Below are positions 19,373-29,330 of a DNA stretch of 64,000 nucleotides, one piece after another (position 1 is the first letter of the stretch; every line of letters begins with the position of its first letter). The notes under the pieces were generated by a model. The model saw only the letters and a list, made by a program, of their open reading frames with translations, had not been told where the DNA came from and made no database searches. The stretch is from NCBI GenBank assembly GCA_024331095.1, contig JANDJE010000003.1, forward strand, positions 35,768 to 99,767, in the 5' to 3' direction. The translations under genes were made by a program, and so were the position numbers. This DNA is from Nitrospira sp. GTDB taxonomy: Bacteria > Nitrospirota > Nitrospiria > Nitrospirales > Nitrospiraceae.

Positions 19373-20512
19373 TTACGCCGACCGCATGTGCCATTGATTC
19401 CCCAGCACTCCCAAAGGATTCCGTCTGCGTCTGGTGTCGTCGTGCGGTACGCCGTCGATACTCATGCGGATGTCGGCGTTGACGTGTCCCACGAGATAGT
19501 AACTATGTTCAACCAGCCCCTTGACGATCGGCGTACAGTCGATCTGATGAACTTTGTTATGGACAAGATTGGGGCGTGCCGCTCCGTTTGAACCCAGTCG
19601 ATCGGGATTGCCTTTCGTGAAATCGGACACCACCAGCGCGACATCGCCGCGATTGTGATAGACGTCCACGCTCCGTGCCAATTCGTGGAGGCGGCCGAGC
19701 GGTTGGCCCGGTTCCAACACGGTGTCGTCCACGTCCGGCGCACAGAGAAAGATGTGTTCGAAAATGCGAGGCAGCGCATCGCCGGGAGTGAAGGCGTCGC
19801 ACCGGGTGATGGCGTTCTGAAGTAGGTAATTACCCATGGAATGGCAGAGGAGATGCAAGTCTTGTTGACAGAGTTGCTGGTTGTCCCGTCGAAGCCGGGC
19901 CAGAAAGTCTCGCACTTTCAAGATGCCACGCCCAAATGCGTTGCCGGCGGCGGCGGCTTCCGAGCGGTCTGATTTGTAGGAGACGAAGGGCAGCGCCAAT
20001 CCGTCGGAGGGCCAGGTAAAGAGCACCACCTGCACTTGTTGGGCGGGATCTTTCTCCGGGGAACGATTTAACATTTCTTGCAACGCCAGCGCGGAGCCGA
20101 CCGCGTCCGTCCAGGACACATTAAAGCCATGGACATAAATGAGCACGTCGGTGTTCTTTTGCATGATGGTTTGCAGATCTGCAAACGCCGCGTGCGAGCC
20201 GAGTTTGATGTCGGCCTGGTGAGTCTCGGCGATCGATCGATCGATTTTTTCACGATAGGCGATAATGTCGGCGGATGCCGCGCATTTGGCGAGGTATTTG
20301 GTCAACCCCTCTCCATCGCCGACGCCCATTGGCCCCAGATCCGCTTGAGTAAACTTCGCAATCTTGGCTTCGTCGGCCTGCACCAGCACTCGACCGAAGC
20401 GCAGGTTCTCGACTCCGTCGTCGCTGAATTTTTTTCCGTAGCCGTCCGGCCGCCAGCGGTCCTTGCCCACGTGGTTTCGATTGGTTGCGTAGAAGAGCCT
20501 GAGAGCACTCAT
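19373..20512 (-). CDS. Alpha/beta hydrolase (DUF900-like)
   Basis: FYATNR, YVHGFNVSW, FTWPS, CHSMGN nucleophile motif, HSYY; AAGGAG RBS. Confidence 0.88.
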   Translation of the reverse strand: MSALRLFYATNRNHVGKDRWRPDGYGKKFSDDGVENLRFGRVLVQADEAKIAKFTQADLGPMGVGDGEGLTKYLAKCAASADIIAYREKIDRSIAETHQADIKLGSHAAFADLQTIMQKNTDVLIYVHGFNVSWTDAVGSALALQEMLNRSPEKDPAQQVQVVLFTWPSDGLALPFVSYKSDRSEAAAAGNAFGRGILKVRDFLARLRRDNQQLCQQDLHLLCHSMGNYLLQNAITRCDAFTPGDALPRIFEHIFLCAPDVDDTVLEPGQPLGRLHELARSVDVYHNRGDVALVVSDFTKGNPDRLGSNGAARPNLVHNKVHQIDCTPIVKGLVEHSYYLVGHVNADIRMSIDGVPHDDTRRRRNPLGVLGNQWHMRSA

Positions 20513-20790
20513 GGTCGAGACTCCTTTTTTGTGCCGGGGTCGGCAATGAAATAAACAATGAGGGGCTGCTCTGCTTATCGATTTCGGCGGGGAAAGTCAA
20601 GAACAGGTATCGCGGGGTCGGACCGGTAAACGGGATGAGGAAGCGTTGTAAAGCGAGGGCGGTGAGAGCGGTCGATCCGGCTTGATTTGCCGATGTTCTC
20701 TGGGAATAATCCACACCCTGCCTGGCGCAAAGACTGCCGGCAGAGGGGTCTGATTTCAGGTTATGAAGCAAGAAGACGAAGGGGAATACC

Positions 20791-21198
20791 ATGATGAAGC
20801 CATTGGCAATCGCGGTCGGGCTAGTGTTCATGACTATTGAATCGGTTTCTGCCGGTTGGGTCTCACTGGGGGGAGGGGAAACGGTGGGAATGACCATCTA
20901 CATTGATGGGGCAATCATCGAGAAAAACGGCGATCGCCGGACCCTGTGGGTGCTATACGATTTTAAGAGTCCACAGACCAAGGAAGGCGGAGTCTCGTTT
21001 CGTTCGGCAAAAATTCAGCGGGAGTACGACTGTGCCACGGCACTTACCCGCGTTCTGACGATCCAGCATTTTGCCGGACCGATGGAAAGCGGCAAGAAAG
21101 TGCTGGAGAAGACCGCCGCCGGCGAAGAATGGGAACCGGTCGGGCAGCTTGAATCCGGCACGGTGGCCAAGGATCTCTGGACGTTAGCTTGCGAGTAA
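20791..21198 (+). CDS. Secreted protein, surface-adhesin E-like
   Basis: Signal peptide, W..LYDF, EYDC, terminal LWTLAC. Confidence 0.65.
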   Translation: MMKPLAIAVGLVFMTIESVSAGWVSLGGGETVGMTIYIDGAIIEKNGDRRTLWVLYDFKSPQTKEGGVSFRSAKIQREYDCATALTRVLTIQHFAGPMESGKKVLEKTAAGEEWEPVGQLESGTVAKDLWTLACE

Positions 21199-21252
21199 GC
21201 CCGGGGCGGTGAATCTTGCTGAAGGGAGTCGTCGGTTCCTGCTCAACAAGAG

Positions 21253-22368
21253 TTACGCTACTCCGGAAAACGAGGGGACTCGCCGGCGTCGGCGAAATTT
21301 GGCCAGGGCGGTCGCTAAAATCTCCTGTGCTTCGGGAAGCGGCATGGTGGCTTGAAGCATTTCCAACTTTTCTTCGGTCATCGAACGCAAATTGACCAAC
21401 GCTTCGCCGGCTCGATATCGCACCCACCATTCCGGATCGTTCAACAACGCGGTAAGCCTGGTTTCGTCACTGACCGTGCCCAATTTGCCGAGCGCGGTGA
21501 CTGCCTGTACCCGCACGTGCCACACCGGATGGAAAAGAGCTTGTCGGACGAATGGCAGGTCGGATGGATCTTGAAATTCGCCGAAGACGAACAGGGAGGC
21601 TGCCAGAAAATCATCCGATACCCGTGATGCGGTTGCCACGAACTGACGGAGGATCGGTAATCCGCGAGAGTTCTGAGTGACGGGCAGATGGCGGATCAGT
21701 CTGGCACCGACGGCTTGGTCTCCGGTTGTCGCCGCCTGTGCAAGGGTCTCGGATGCCAGATCATCACCGGCCGATCGCAAAATCGTCGCGACGGCCAGAG
21801 GAGACCAATCGGTTCGCCGACCGATCACCGGAATGAGAAGCGGGACCGCGGCTCTTGCCTCAATTGCGAGGAGGGCTTGGACCGCATGCAAGGCCGCAAA
21901 GGGGTTTTGGTCAGTGATCAAGGAATGCAGCGGGCTCCACATCGCTCGGTCGCCGAGTCTTCCCAAGGTTCGTATCGCCAGCATCTTTCGGTGGAGCCGT
22001 CGGCTGCGCAGCAGCGTTCTGGCCCATCGCTGTAGCGGGAGACGTTTGGCGAGACCAACGAGTCGAGCCGTTTCGTCGATCGATCGATATTCGTCATAAC
22101 AGTCGTTCCAAAGATTGAGCACGAGCACATGATAGCGCGAACCGGCTGTGAGGAAAGAGGGGTGATGGGGTAAGACGGGACTATGACCTTCAAAAATAAT
22201 TTTCCACTTCTTGGTTATGAGGCGAGATCGATACTGAGCGATCGATCGTCCGACGCGGACGCAGAGAACCCACAGCAAGAGCAAAACAACCAGCCCGCCG
22301 GTGGCAAAGGCCGCCCGGTACCAGACCGTGAGCGTGAGATGATCATTGAGGGAGAGTAGTTGATTCAT
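21253..22368 (-). CDS. HEAT repeat membrane protein
   Basis: N-terminal TM; HEAT-like repeats WHVRVQAVTALGKLG and DPEWWVRYRAGEAL. Confidence 0.85.
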   Translation of the reverse strand: MNQLLSLNDHLTLTVWYRAAFATGGLVVLLLLWVLCVRVGRSIAQYRSRLITKKWKIIFEGHSPVLPHHPSFLTAGSRYHVLVLNLWNDCYDEYRSIDETARLVGLAKRLPLQRWARTLLRSRRLHRKMLAIRTLGRLGDRAMWSPLHSLITDQNPFAALHAVQALLAIEARAAVPLLIPVIGRRTDWSPLAVATILRSAGDDLASETLAQAATTGDQAVGARLIRHLPVTQNSRGLPILRQFVATASRVSDDFLAASLFVFGEFQDPSDLPFVRQALFHPVWHVRVQAVTALGKLGTVSDETRLTALLNDPEWWVRYRAGEALVNLRSMTEEKLEMLQATMPLPEAQEILATALAKFRRRRRVPSFSGVA

Positions 22369-22390
22369 GGGGGGGAAGCCGTCGAGTCTG

Positions 22391-23761
22391 TCACCAATGA
22401 TAAATGATGCCGAAATTGCCTCCTTGCCGGGAGTACAAGCGGCCGCGATCTTCATAATAGCCGGTTGCTTCCAATGACAGCCTCTCCATCAAAGGGATGA
22501 TGAAACCGCCTTGGATCGTGTGGCTCCCGATTCTGGCGATGTCCTGCGTCGCCACGATCCGCTCACCCGATGTGCCGAATGAGCCGGAAACGAAAAGCTG
22601 GATTCGCGGCGTCGGGCGCCAAGTCAGACGAGAGGCTAATGTGATCGCTCCTGTCTCCGGGACCCAGTACAGTTGTTCCGTGAGCCAAGTGTCGAAAGGA
22701 AGAAAGATCGTGAGACTGGGCATGAAAAGATTGATATCGTCCGTTTTGTACGAGAGCCGCCGATAGCCCACCGATGCCTCAAAAATCGAGAGGAGGGGGT
22801 GAATGACTCCCAGCCCCTGATAGACCTCGCCTGCCACCGAGTAGGTGGGAGTGAATCGAGCATCCACAGTTCCCTGGGCGGCGACATAGCCCCAGGCGCG
22901 CGCCCACAGGGGACTGTACAGTTCAGCCGAAAGGGGCACATCATGGAATCCGAATCGGTGGAGCGATTCAACCCGGCCGACGAGGGTCTGTTCACCGATG
23001 GACTTGGCCGCCTCGACGAGGACCGCATGCTCGGTCCGGATGCCGCGGCTATAGCCGAATTGGCCGTACCCCGCCTTGAAATAGTCGCGAAACGGCAAAC
23101 GGACCGAGGAATCCCGTGAGCCGAGCGGAGCCTGGGGAGAAGTCCTGCCGGCCGCAAAGGGAACCGGTTCTGACTGCCGACTTTTGATCAGGGAAATCCG
23201 TTCCGCCAGTGCGGGACTCTGTGTGATGGCATAGGCTTGCTCATAATAGGGCAGTGCCTCATCCAAGCGGTCGTCCCAGTAGAGGAGATTGGCCGAGCCT
23301 TCAAGGGCTTCAGCGTGGTTCGGCTCTTCCCGTAACACATCTTCGTAGAGGGCCTTCGCTTCCACCACCGATTTCTGCCACGACAGCACTCGAGCCAAGG
23401 CGGTTTTGAGGTCGAGATCGTGTGGGTGCCGTTGAACGAGCGAGCGATACAGGTCGGTCGCCTCGGCGTACGATCCCTGCCAAGACAGCACGCGAGCCAG
23501 CGCGGTTCGGACGTCATCGTTGGATGGATCCAGTTTCAGAATCGTTCGGTAGAGAGCTTCCGCCTCCTCATACCGCCGGACTGTTTCCAGTTGCCGAGCC
23601 TGCTCCCTGAGATTGTCCAAATTGCGCACCGATGTATCGGTGTCGTTGAGAGAGGCCGCACCGAACGACTTCCCGGTCACGGCCAGCGCCCAGCACAGGG
23701 TCAATGCCACGAGAGAAGTTCGTCGTACCGATTTGATGTTCGGTCGGAAACGCATGGTCAA
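22391..23761 (-). CDS. TPR + YaiO-family outer membrane beta-barrel protein
   Basis: Signal peptide, TPR repeats (ALARVLSWQ twice), beta-strand C-terminal domain ending in W. Confidence 0.75.
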   Translation of the reverse strand: MTMRFRPNIKSVRRTSLVALTLCWALAVTGKSFGAASLNDTDTSVRNLDNLREQARQLETVRRYEEAEALYRTILKLDPSNDDVRTALARVLSWQGSYAEATDLYRSLVQRHPHDLDLKTALARVLSWQKSVVEAKALYEDVLREEPNHAEALEGSANLLYWDDRLDEALPYYEQAYAITQSPALAERISLIKSRQSEPVPFAAGRTSPQAPLGSRDSSVRLPFRDYFKAGYGQFGYSRGIRTEHAVLVEAAKSIGEQTLVGRVESLHRFGFHDVPLSAELYSPLWARAWGYVAAQGTVDARFTPTYSVAGEVYQGLGVIHPLLSIFEASVGYRRLSYKTDDINLFMPSLTIFLPFDTWLTEQLYWVPETGAITLASRLTWRPTPRIQLFVSGSFGTSGERIVATQDIARIGSHTIQGGFIIPLMERLSLEATGYYEDRGRLYSRQGGNFGIIYHW

Positions 23762-24055
23762 GGGTCTACATGTAAGACAATGAGAGGCTTTCAGGTATTA
23801 GCCCGGCCGGTTCCCTGCAGCGACATGACATTAATGACACCTAGGGTATCGGACTCACAGCAGAGAATCTTGAGTCGCTGGTCACGGAGACCTCCTCTTG
23901 CGCGCGATCCAACGAGCTGGGCTGGTACGAGGTGCCCCCCGTTCGGGGGTGATCGACGGACTCCTGTCGATCGCAATTCCCATCAAGATAAGAAGGTAGG
24001 ATACCGATAAGACGATACGGACACTTCAGTAAGACGCCCTACGAGGAAAAGAATC

Positions 24056-25486
24056 TTGACCTTTGAGACCTTCTTCGGCGCTGTCCAGGTGCTGTTTTTG
24101 CTGTATTTGTTCGCTCTGACAGCGGGTTATCTCACACTCAATCTCATCTCGATCAGTTCACTTAGACGGTATTTCGAAGAACGCAGAGGAATAGGAACTC
24201 ACATTGTCTTGAGCGGTTATGAGCCGCAAATCAGCATTATCGTGCCCGCCTACAATGAGGCGGCGACGATTGCGAGTTCGGTTCGATCGCTGCTTCAACT
24301 CACGTATTCCGACTATGAAATCATTGTCGTCAACGATGGATCGAAAGATGAAACCTTGGAAGTGCTGAGACAGGCTTTTCAGTTGAAGCCGTTTCCTGAA
24401 GCCTACGCCCACGATCTGCCGACCAGACCGATTCGCGCGATCTATCGCTCGGCTCTCTATTCCAATGTCTGTGTGGTGGACAAGGACAACGGCGGCAAGG
24501 CCGACTCGCTCAACGCCGGGATCAACGTCTCGACGGCGCCGCTCTTCTGTTGCATCGACGCGGATTCCATTTTGTCGCAAGACAGTTTGTATCGGGTGGT
24601 GCAGCCGTTCCTCTTTGACCATCGTACCATTGCGGCCGGAGGGACGATCCGCGTGGCCAACGGTTGTCAGGTGGAGCAGGGATTGTTGAAATCCGTCGGT
24701 TTGCCCTCGAATGTTCTGGCGCTCTTGCAGTTGGTCGAATATCTGCGCGCGTTTTTGGCCGGCCGCCAGGGATGGTCGCCGCTCAATGCGATGTTGATTA
24801 TCTCCGGCGCCTTCGGGCTGTTCCGCAAGGAAGCGGTGTTGAAAGTCGGCGGCTACCGCACCGATACGGTCGGCGAGGATATGGAACTGATCGTCCGGCT
24901 CCATCACCACTATCGACTGGCAGGCATACCCTATCGCATCACTTACGTGCCGGATCCCGTCTGCTGGACCGAGGTGCCGGAAGATCTGCGCACGCTCAAG
25001 AGCCAACGGGTCCGATGGCAGCGGGGACTGTGCGAAAGTCTGAGCGGACATTTGGCTTTGTGTTGTCACCCCAAAGGGGGGCTGGTTAGCTGGGTCGCCT
25101 TTCCGTTTATGATGATCTTTGAGTGGTTTGGGCCTGTGTTTGAGGTGCTCGGCTATGTCTTATTGTTTGCAGGCTTTTTATTAGGCTTGGTGTCATGGCA
25201 GGTCTGGCTGGTCACGACCGCTGTAGCAGTGGCGCTTGGCATCGCCCTCTCACTGTGCGCGATTCTGATGGAGGAAATGACCTTTCATGTGTATCAGCGT
25301 CCTGCCGACTTCTGGAAGCTCTTTGCCGTATCAGTGTTGGAAAATTTGGGATACCGGCAGCTCAATGCCTATTGGAAACTGGTCGGCCTCATGCGCTGGC
25401 TCCGGGGCAAGAAAGCCGAATGGGGCAATATGGTTCGAACGGCTGCGTGGCAGTCCAAGACCGGATCTCCGGCTGGTAGTCGATAG
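24056..25486 (+). CDS. Processive glycosyltransferase family 2 (PgaC/IcaA-like)
   Basis: PAYNE, NDGSKD, GGKADSLN, DAD, GEDMEL, QRVRWQRG (QxxRW); flanking TMs. Confidence 0.93.
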   Translation: MTFETFFGAVQVLFLLYLFALTAGYLTLNLISISSLRRYFEERRGIGTHIVLSGYEPQISIIVPAYNEAATIASSVRSLLQLTYSDYEIIVVNDGSKDETLEVLRQAFQLKPFPEAYAHDLPTRPIRAIYRSALYSNVCVVDKDNGGKADSLNAGINVSTAPLFCCIDADSILSQDSLYRVVQPFLFDHRTIAAGGTIRVANGCQVEQGLLKSVGLPSNVLALLQLVEYLRAFLAGRQGWSPLNAMLIISGAFGLFRKEAVLKVGGYRTDTVGEDMELIVRLHHHYRLAGIPYRITYVPDPVCWTEVPEDLRTLKSQRVRWQRGLCESLSGHLALCCHPKGGLVSWVAFPFMMIFEWFGPVFEVLGYVLLFAGFLLGLVSWQVWLVTTAVAVALGIALSLCAILMEEMTFHVYQRPADFWKLFAVSVLENLGYRQLNAYWKLVGLMRWLRGKKAEWGNMVRTAAWQSKTGSPAGSR

Positions 25487-25561
25487 GCAAGACACAGGAC
25501 TCCGGTTTGAGAGAAAAAACGACGCCGGTGTTCATTGGTGGAAAGAAGAAGAGGGCGGAGG

Positions 25562-26488
25562 TCACCCCGCCAATTCTTGAAGCAGAAAGGCCCTCACCCG
25601 CTCGCGCGCGGCGCGCGAAGCCTGTCCCACAGGGCCTTGGGCGCCCCAAGATGCGATCAATGTACTATGGACATTGACCGGCTTGCCGTCCGGTTGATAG
25701 ATGCTTGCCGGGACTTCGCCGTCTTGAAACCGATCGCCAAATTCGCGTCGCAGCATCAGGTGTTTGGCTCGGTCCGCCATACAGTCTGTTTCAAATCGAA
25801 GCCCGTAGATTTTGGCCGAGCTCCGGCGCGCCACCTCAAGATCATCAGGTGACAAGCCCAGCGAGGCTCGGTCCTCATCCGAATACCGCCATAACTTCAT
25901 CGGGAGAGCCGGCTGGGCCACGACGACCGCCTTGACTTGCCGGTGGTCCAGCAATGCCAACGGCAGGGGACCGGTCATGCAGTTGCCGATAATCCCAATC
26001 GGCTGCCCCTGGTGCCGTGCGCCGACTTCCCTAACCAAGCGTCGGAGCCACTCGACGATGGCGGGACTCCCCCGGGGGGGGATTCCCCACTCGCCATAAG
26101 GAAAGCGGTCGATCATCCCGCCGAACCAGTAAGCCCACAGGCCCCGGGTGGGTGAGAACGAGCCTTTCTCGCCAAACAAAAGCGGCACATAGACAGTGAA
26201 ATCGTTCGCCAGCTCCTCCGCATAGGCGAGGGTACCGGGGGTGAGACCGGTCATCTCGTGCAGGAGGATCACCGGCGGTTTCGATGCGTCTTCATTGAGG
26301 CAATAAACCGAGTGGGCCGTTCCTTCATGGGATAGTGGATCGGTGAAACATTCGACCCATGTTCGTTGAGGCGTGCCCATTTCTTTTACGTGCGGCGCGC
26401 AGGCGGCGAACTGGGCTGCCCCACAGCCTGTTTGCAGCAAGAGGATCACGATCAGAGCCTGAATTGGGAAGAGACAAGGACGTCTCAT
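25562..26488 (-). CDS. Dienelactone hydrolase family protein (exported)
   Basis: ILLHEMTGL, GIIGNCMTG nucleophile Cys, late HSTL. Confidence 0.75.
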   Translation of the reverse strand: MRRPCLFPIQALIVILLLQTGCGAAQFAACAPHVKEMGTPQRTWVECFTDPLSHEGTAHSVYCLNEDASKPPVILLHEMTGLTPGTLAYAEELANDFTVYVPLLFGEKGSFSPTRGLWAYWFGGMIDRFPYGEWGIPPRGSPAIVEWLRRLVREVGARHQGQPIGIIGNCMTGPLPLALLDHRQVKAVVVAQPALPMKLWRYSDEDRASLGLSPDDLEVARRSSAKIYGLRFETDCMADRAKHLMLRREFGDRFQDGEVPASIYQPDGKPVNVHSTLIASWGAQGPVGQASRAARERVRAFLLQELAG

Positions 26489-26710
26489 GTCGTTTCCTTA
26501 AATGGAGAAAACCCGATCCAAATGAGACCTAATGCTCTCATCGCACCGTTCGCTCGACACCGTGACCACCTGCAATGAGGGGAGTGGATACCTTGCTCTT
26601 AGTGGAGAACACAAGGGGCTGGAAAAAGCAGAATGGCGGGCGAAAGCAGTGACCATTGGTTCTCTGAGAACAATGCTGTGACGGCTTTTGATGGATCGTT
26701 CGTGCAAGAG

Positions 26711-26979
26711 CTAAACTTGATGGGTTTCGAGACGATCGATGCGAGTCTTCAACATGGCGACATCAGTTCCCCGATCGTGAATCCGTCAGTCGAGTTATGA
26801 AAAAGAGCGGCGCATGAGCGGCGCAGTTCTTTGAATTCATCCCTGAATTCAAGGCGCAAGTCTTGGAGTTCACGCCGAATGTCTGCATGCCCCCCCGTAA
26901 TTTGGGGGATATCCTCGTGGAGCGATTCCGCCGCCATACTGAAATGCCGTGTGATCCCTTCGATCTGCTTATCATCCAG
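26711..26979 (-). pseudogene. Degraded coiled-coil hypothetical gene
   Basis: LDDKQIEGITRHF...EFRDEFKELR continues after a frameshift as LMRRSFS*LD*RIHDRGTDVAMLKTRIDRLETHQV*; no ATG start. Confidence 0.5.
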
Positions 26980-27287
26980 ATGCCGTACCAATAGGCCGAT
27001 CCTCTTGAAAATGCAAGAGAGTCCTTCGATGAAGGGCGACTGCGCAGCCCCATAGCTCACTTGCGGGGGAGCAGTGTTGTCGAGAGGCTTCTGAGCAGAA
27101 GGCATTAGCAACGAGGTATGCGATGGCACCGTCCCGCCGTCAGCATAACGAGACCGTTCTTTAGGGAGAAGTGAAGGTTCTGACGTGTTTTCATCCAAGC
27201 CCCAAGCCGACGACCATAAGGCCGTCGGCTTGTTCGTTCACTCCACCCTTTCATGCATCGCTCTTCGTCAACGCGCGAATCAACGTT

Positions 27288-28913
27288 CTACTTACACTCC
27301 TTCTTGCTGCATGGAGGTGTAGGTTGAGGGGGAGTTTTCTTTCGTACGATGGCGGCATGCGGATCGCTCAGATTTCGTGAGCCATCGGCGCTCAGGACGA
27401 CGGTGCCCATCACCGCACTGAGACCGCCTGATCGACGATCAGGCGACAAGTCGACGATGCCAAGCCCCGGGCAACTTCCGTCTGCTGCGTGGCTGATCGT
27501 CAGGGGGAAAGGACCCCGCAGCGCAACATAGATGCGGTTGCCTATCGGGACGCCTCCGAGCGTCAAATCCCCAAGATCAGGAGTTGGATCATTGGTCTTC
27601 ATTGTGCCTGTTGTTCCACCGCATACTCCGCTAGCCGTCAAACTGTACGTACCTTCATGGCGCTTGGTCAGGTTGTCCCAAGGTGGAGAGAGCTTGAAGA
27701 CTTCTACGTTGTTTCGGATCCGGTCCATTTGGTGGAGATAGAGCCCGATGCCCGACTGATTGTTGCGGACGACGACGATTCCGTGCGCATCACGGTTGGT
27801 CCCAGCCGGCAAATCGACTCCTGCCACTTTGCCATTGTCCTTGTCCTGCCACACCGACAGAGGAGCCGGAGTATTCGGCGCGTTAAAGGCGGGAGCAGGC
27901 GGATAGTTTAATGTAAAACGGTAAATAGAAAACTCGGATATGTTGGGGCCGGACGTACCGATGTTCAAGTGCATGAACCCGTTGGTTTCCACTCCACCGC
28001 ACCCGGCGGCACGCACTACTGATAGATCGTATTCCCCCACGATCGCCATCGGCGTGGCGGTCAAGTCCACCACGAACATTCCGCCGCCGCCGAGGGTCAC
28101 AAAGATGTGTCGATTATTGCCGGCCGGGATCGGGCAAATCGGGGCATTCAATGGACGAATATTGGCGGCTTGTTTGGCCGCTCCCGTTGGAGTCGTCGTC
28201 GGCTGACCATCCGTTACGACGCCGGCCACTTCGCATGCAATGTCGTCGGTGACATCGACGTCCACACCGATGGGTTGTCCGAGAATGCGGCCGGCCCCTC
28301 CGACAAGATCCAAGCTCGCGGTCCCATTGAAGGTGAAGCTTATAGGCGCCCCTTGAGCGTTCCTCACGACGTCGACACGCTCCAGGACGCGACCATTCTG
28401 ATTCGCCACAATAATATGCAGTCCGTCTGGCGTCCAGAAACTCATATGGTTCTGGCGTCCGGTTGTCATGTTAGTAGTACGGAAAAGGCAGACTGGCTTT
28501 TTTGTTTCCCCGTCCACGATCCCCAAATGCCCGCTCGCGACGAAATTCAAGGCCATATGTCGATGGTCCGGGCTCGGCGATACTCCGTGGATTCGGCTCA
28601 CGTGCGCACCGGTCGTCACATCGGCATCAGAAAACAAATCGGCAGTCACGTCGAGAACAAGCGGATTATTGATCGGCGGGGTTTGATCAAGGTCAGCGCC
28701 CTCATAAATGCGTATGGCCCCTCCATGCGTTCCGGTGGGCGTGGCGGGTGTGATTCCCTGGGTATTGGCTTGGTCGCTGAGCCATACCTCGTATTCCACT
28801 CCGGCTTTCACGACCGGAACCAGTAGAAAAAAGATGGACAGACAACCCAAGATCGTTAAAGCACCACGGAATCGGCTGGAGACCGGATTTCCGGCAGTAA
28901 GAAGTGTGGTCAT
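27288..28913 (-). CDS. Secreted probable beta-propeller protein, His/Cys-rich
   Basis: AAGGAGG RBS, signal peptide, repeated SPD/TPDG blade turns, several HG/HM motifs and paired Cys. Confidence 0.7.
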   Translation of the reverse strand: MTTLLTAGNPVSSRFRGALTILGCLSIFFLLVPVVKAGVEYEVWLSDQANTQGITPATPTGTHGGAIRIYEGADLDQTPPINNPLVLDVTADLFSDADVTTGAHVSRIHGVSPSPDHRHMALNFVASGHLGIVDGETKKPVCLFRTTNMTTGRQNHMSFWTPDGLHIIVANQNGRVLERVDVVRNAQGAPISFTFNGTASLDLVGGAGRILGQPIGVDVDVTDDIACEVAGVVTDGQPTTTPTGAAKQAANIRPLNAPICPIPAGNNRHIFVTLGGGGMFVVDLTATPMAIVGEYDLSVVRAAGCGGVETNGFMHLNIGTSGPNISEFSIYRFTLNYPPAPAFNAPNTPAPLSVWQDKDNGKVAGVDLPAGTNRDAHGIVVVRNNQSGIGLYLHQMDRIRNNVEVFKLSPPWDNLTKRHEGTYSLTASGVCGGTTGTMKTNDPTPDLGDLTLGGVPIGNRIYVALRGPFPLTISHAADGSCPGLGIVDLSPDRRSGGLSAVMGTVVLSADGSRNLSDPHAAIVRKKTPPQPTPPCSKKECK

Positions 28914-29330
28914 AAAGAACCTCCTTCCTTGGGATGGGGAGCCACTCGGCATGGGATAAGCCTCATAGGGCCACCTATTGACAAGAGTCTCGAGGCTGGT
29001 TGGGGGCGACATTACTATACTGAATTGACGAGGAATGCAATGGGTAGATGGGTGATGGTTTTCGCAGGGGTGGATGGGCAGATGGAAGGTGGGCGGAGGT
29101 TCGATTATTTGTGATCAGCGATTGTGGAAAGGAGATGATAGCGCGGCAGTCTTTGCTGAGCCGAGCCCCCCGTCGCTTTCTCTGACAAGCGAGGTATGAT
29201 CTTTTGATGTTTCGATCTCAATTGCGTAAGAGTTCTTCGCATGCAGGGGGTGTCGAGGTTTCCTTACCCCGTCGCCATCTTCGTGCGGGAGCAACGAGGC
29301 GAAGAATCCGGGTGACGGACGTACGCGGCA

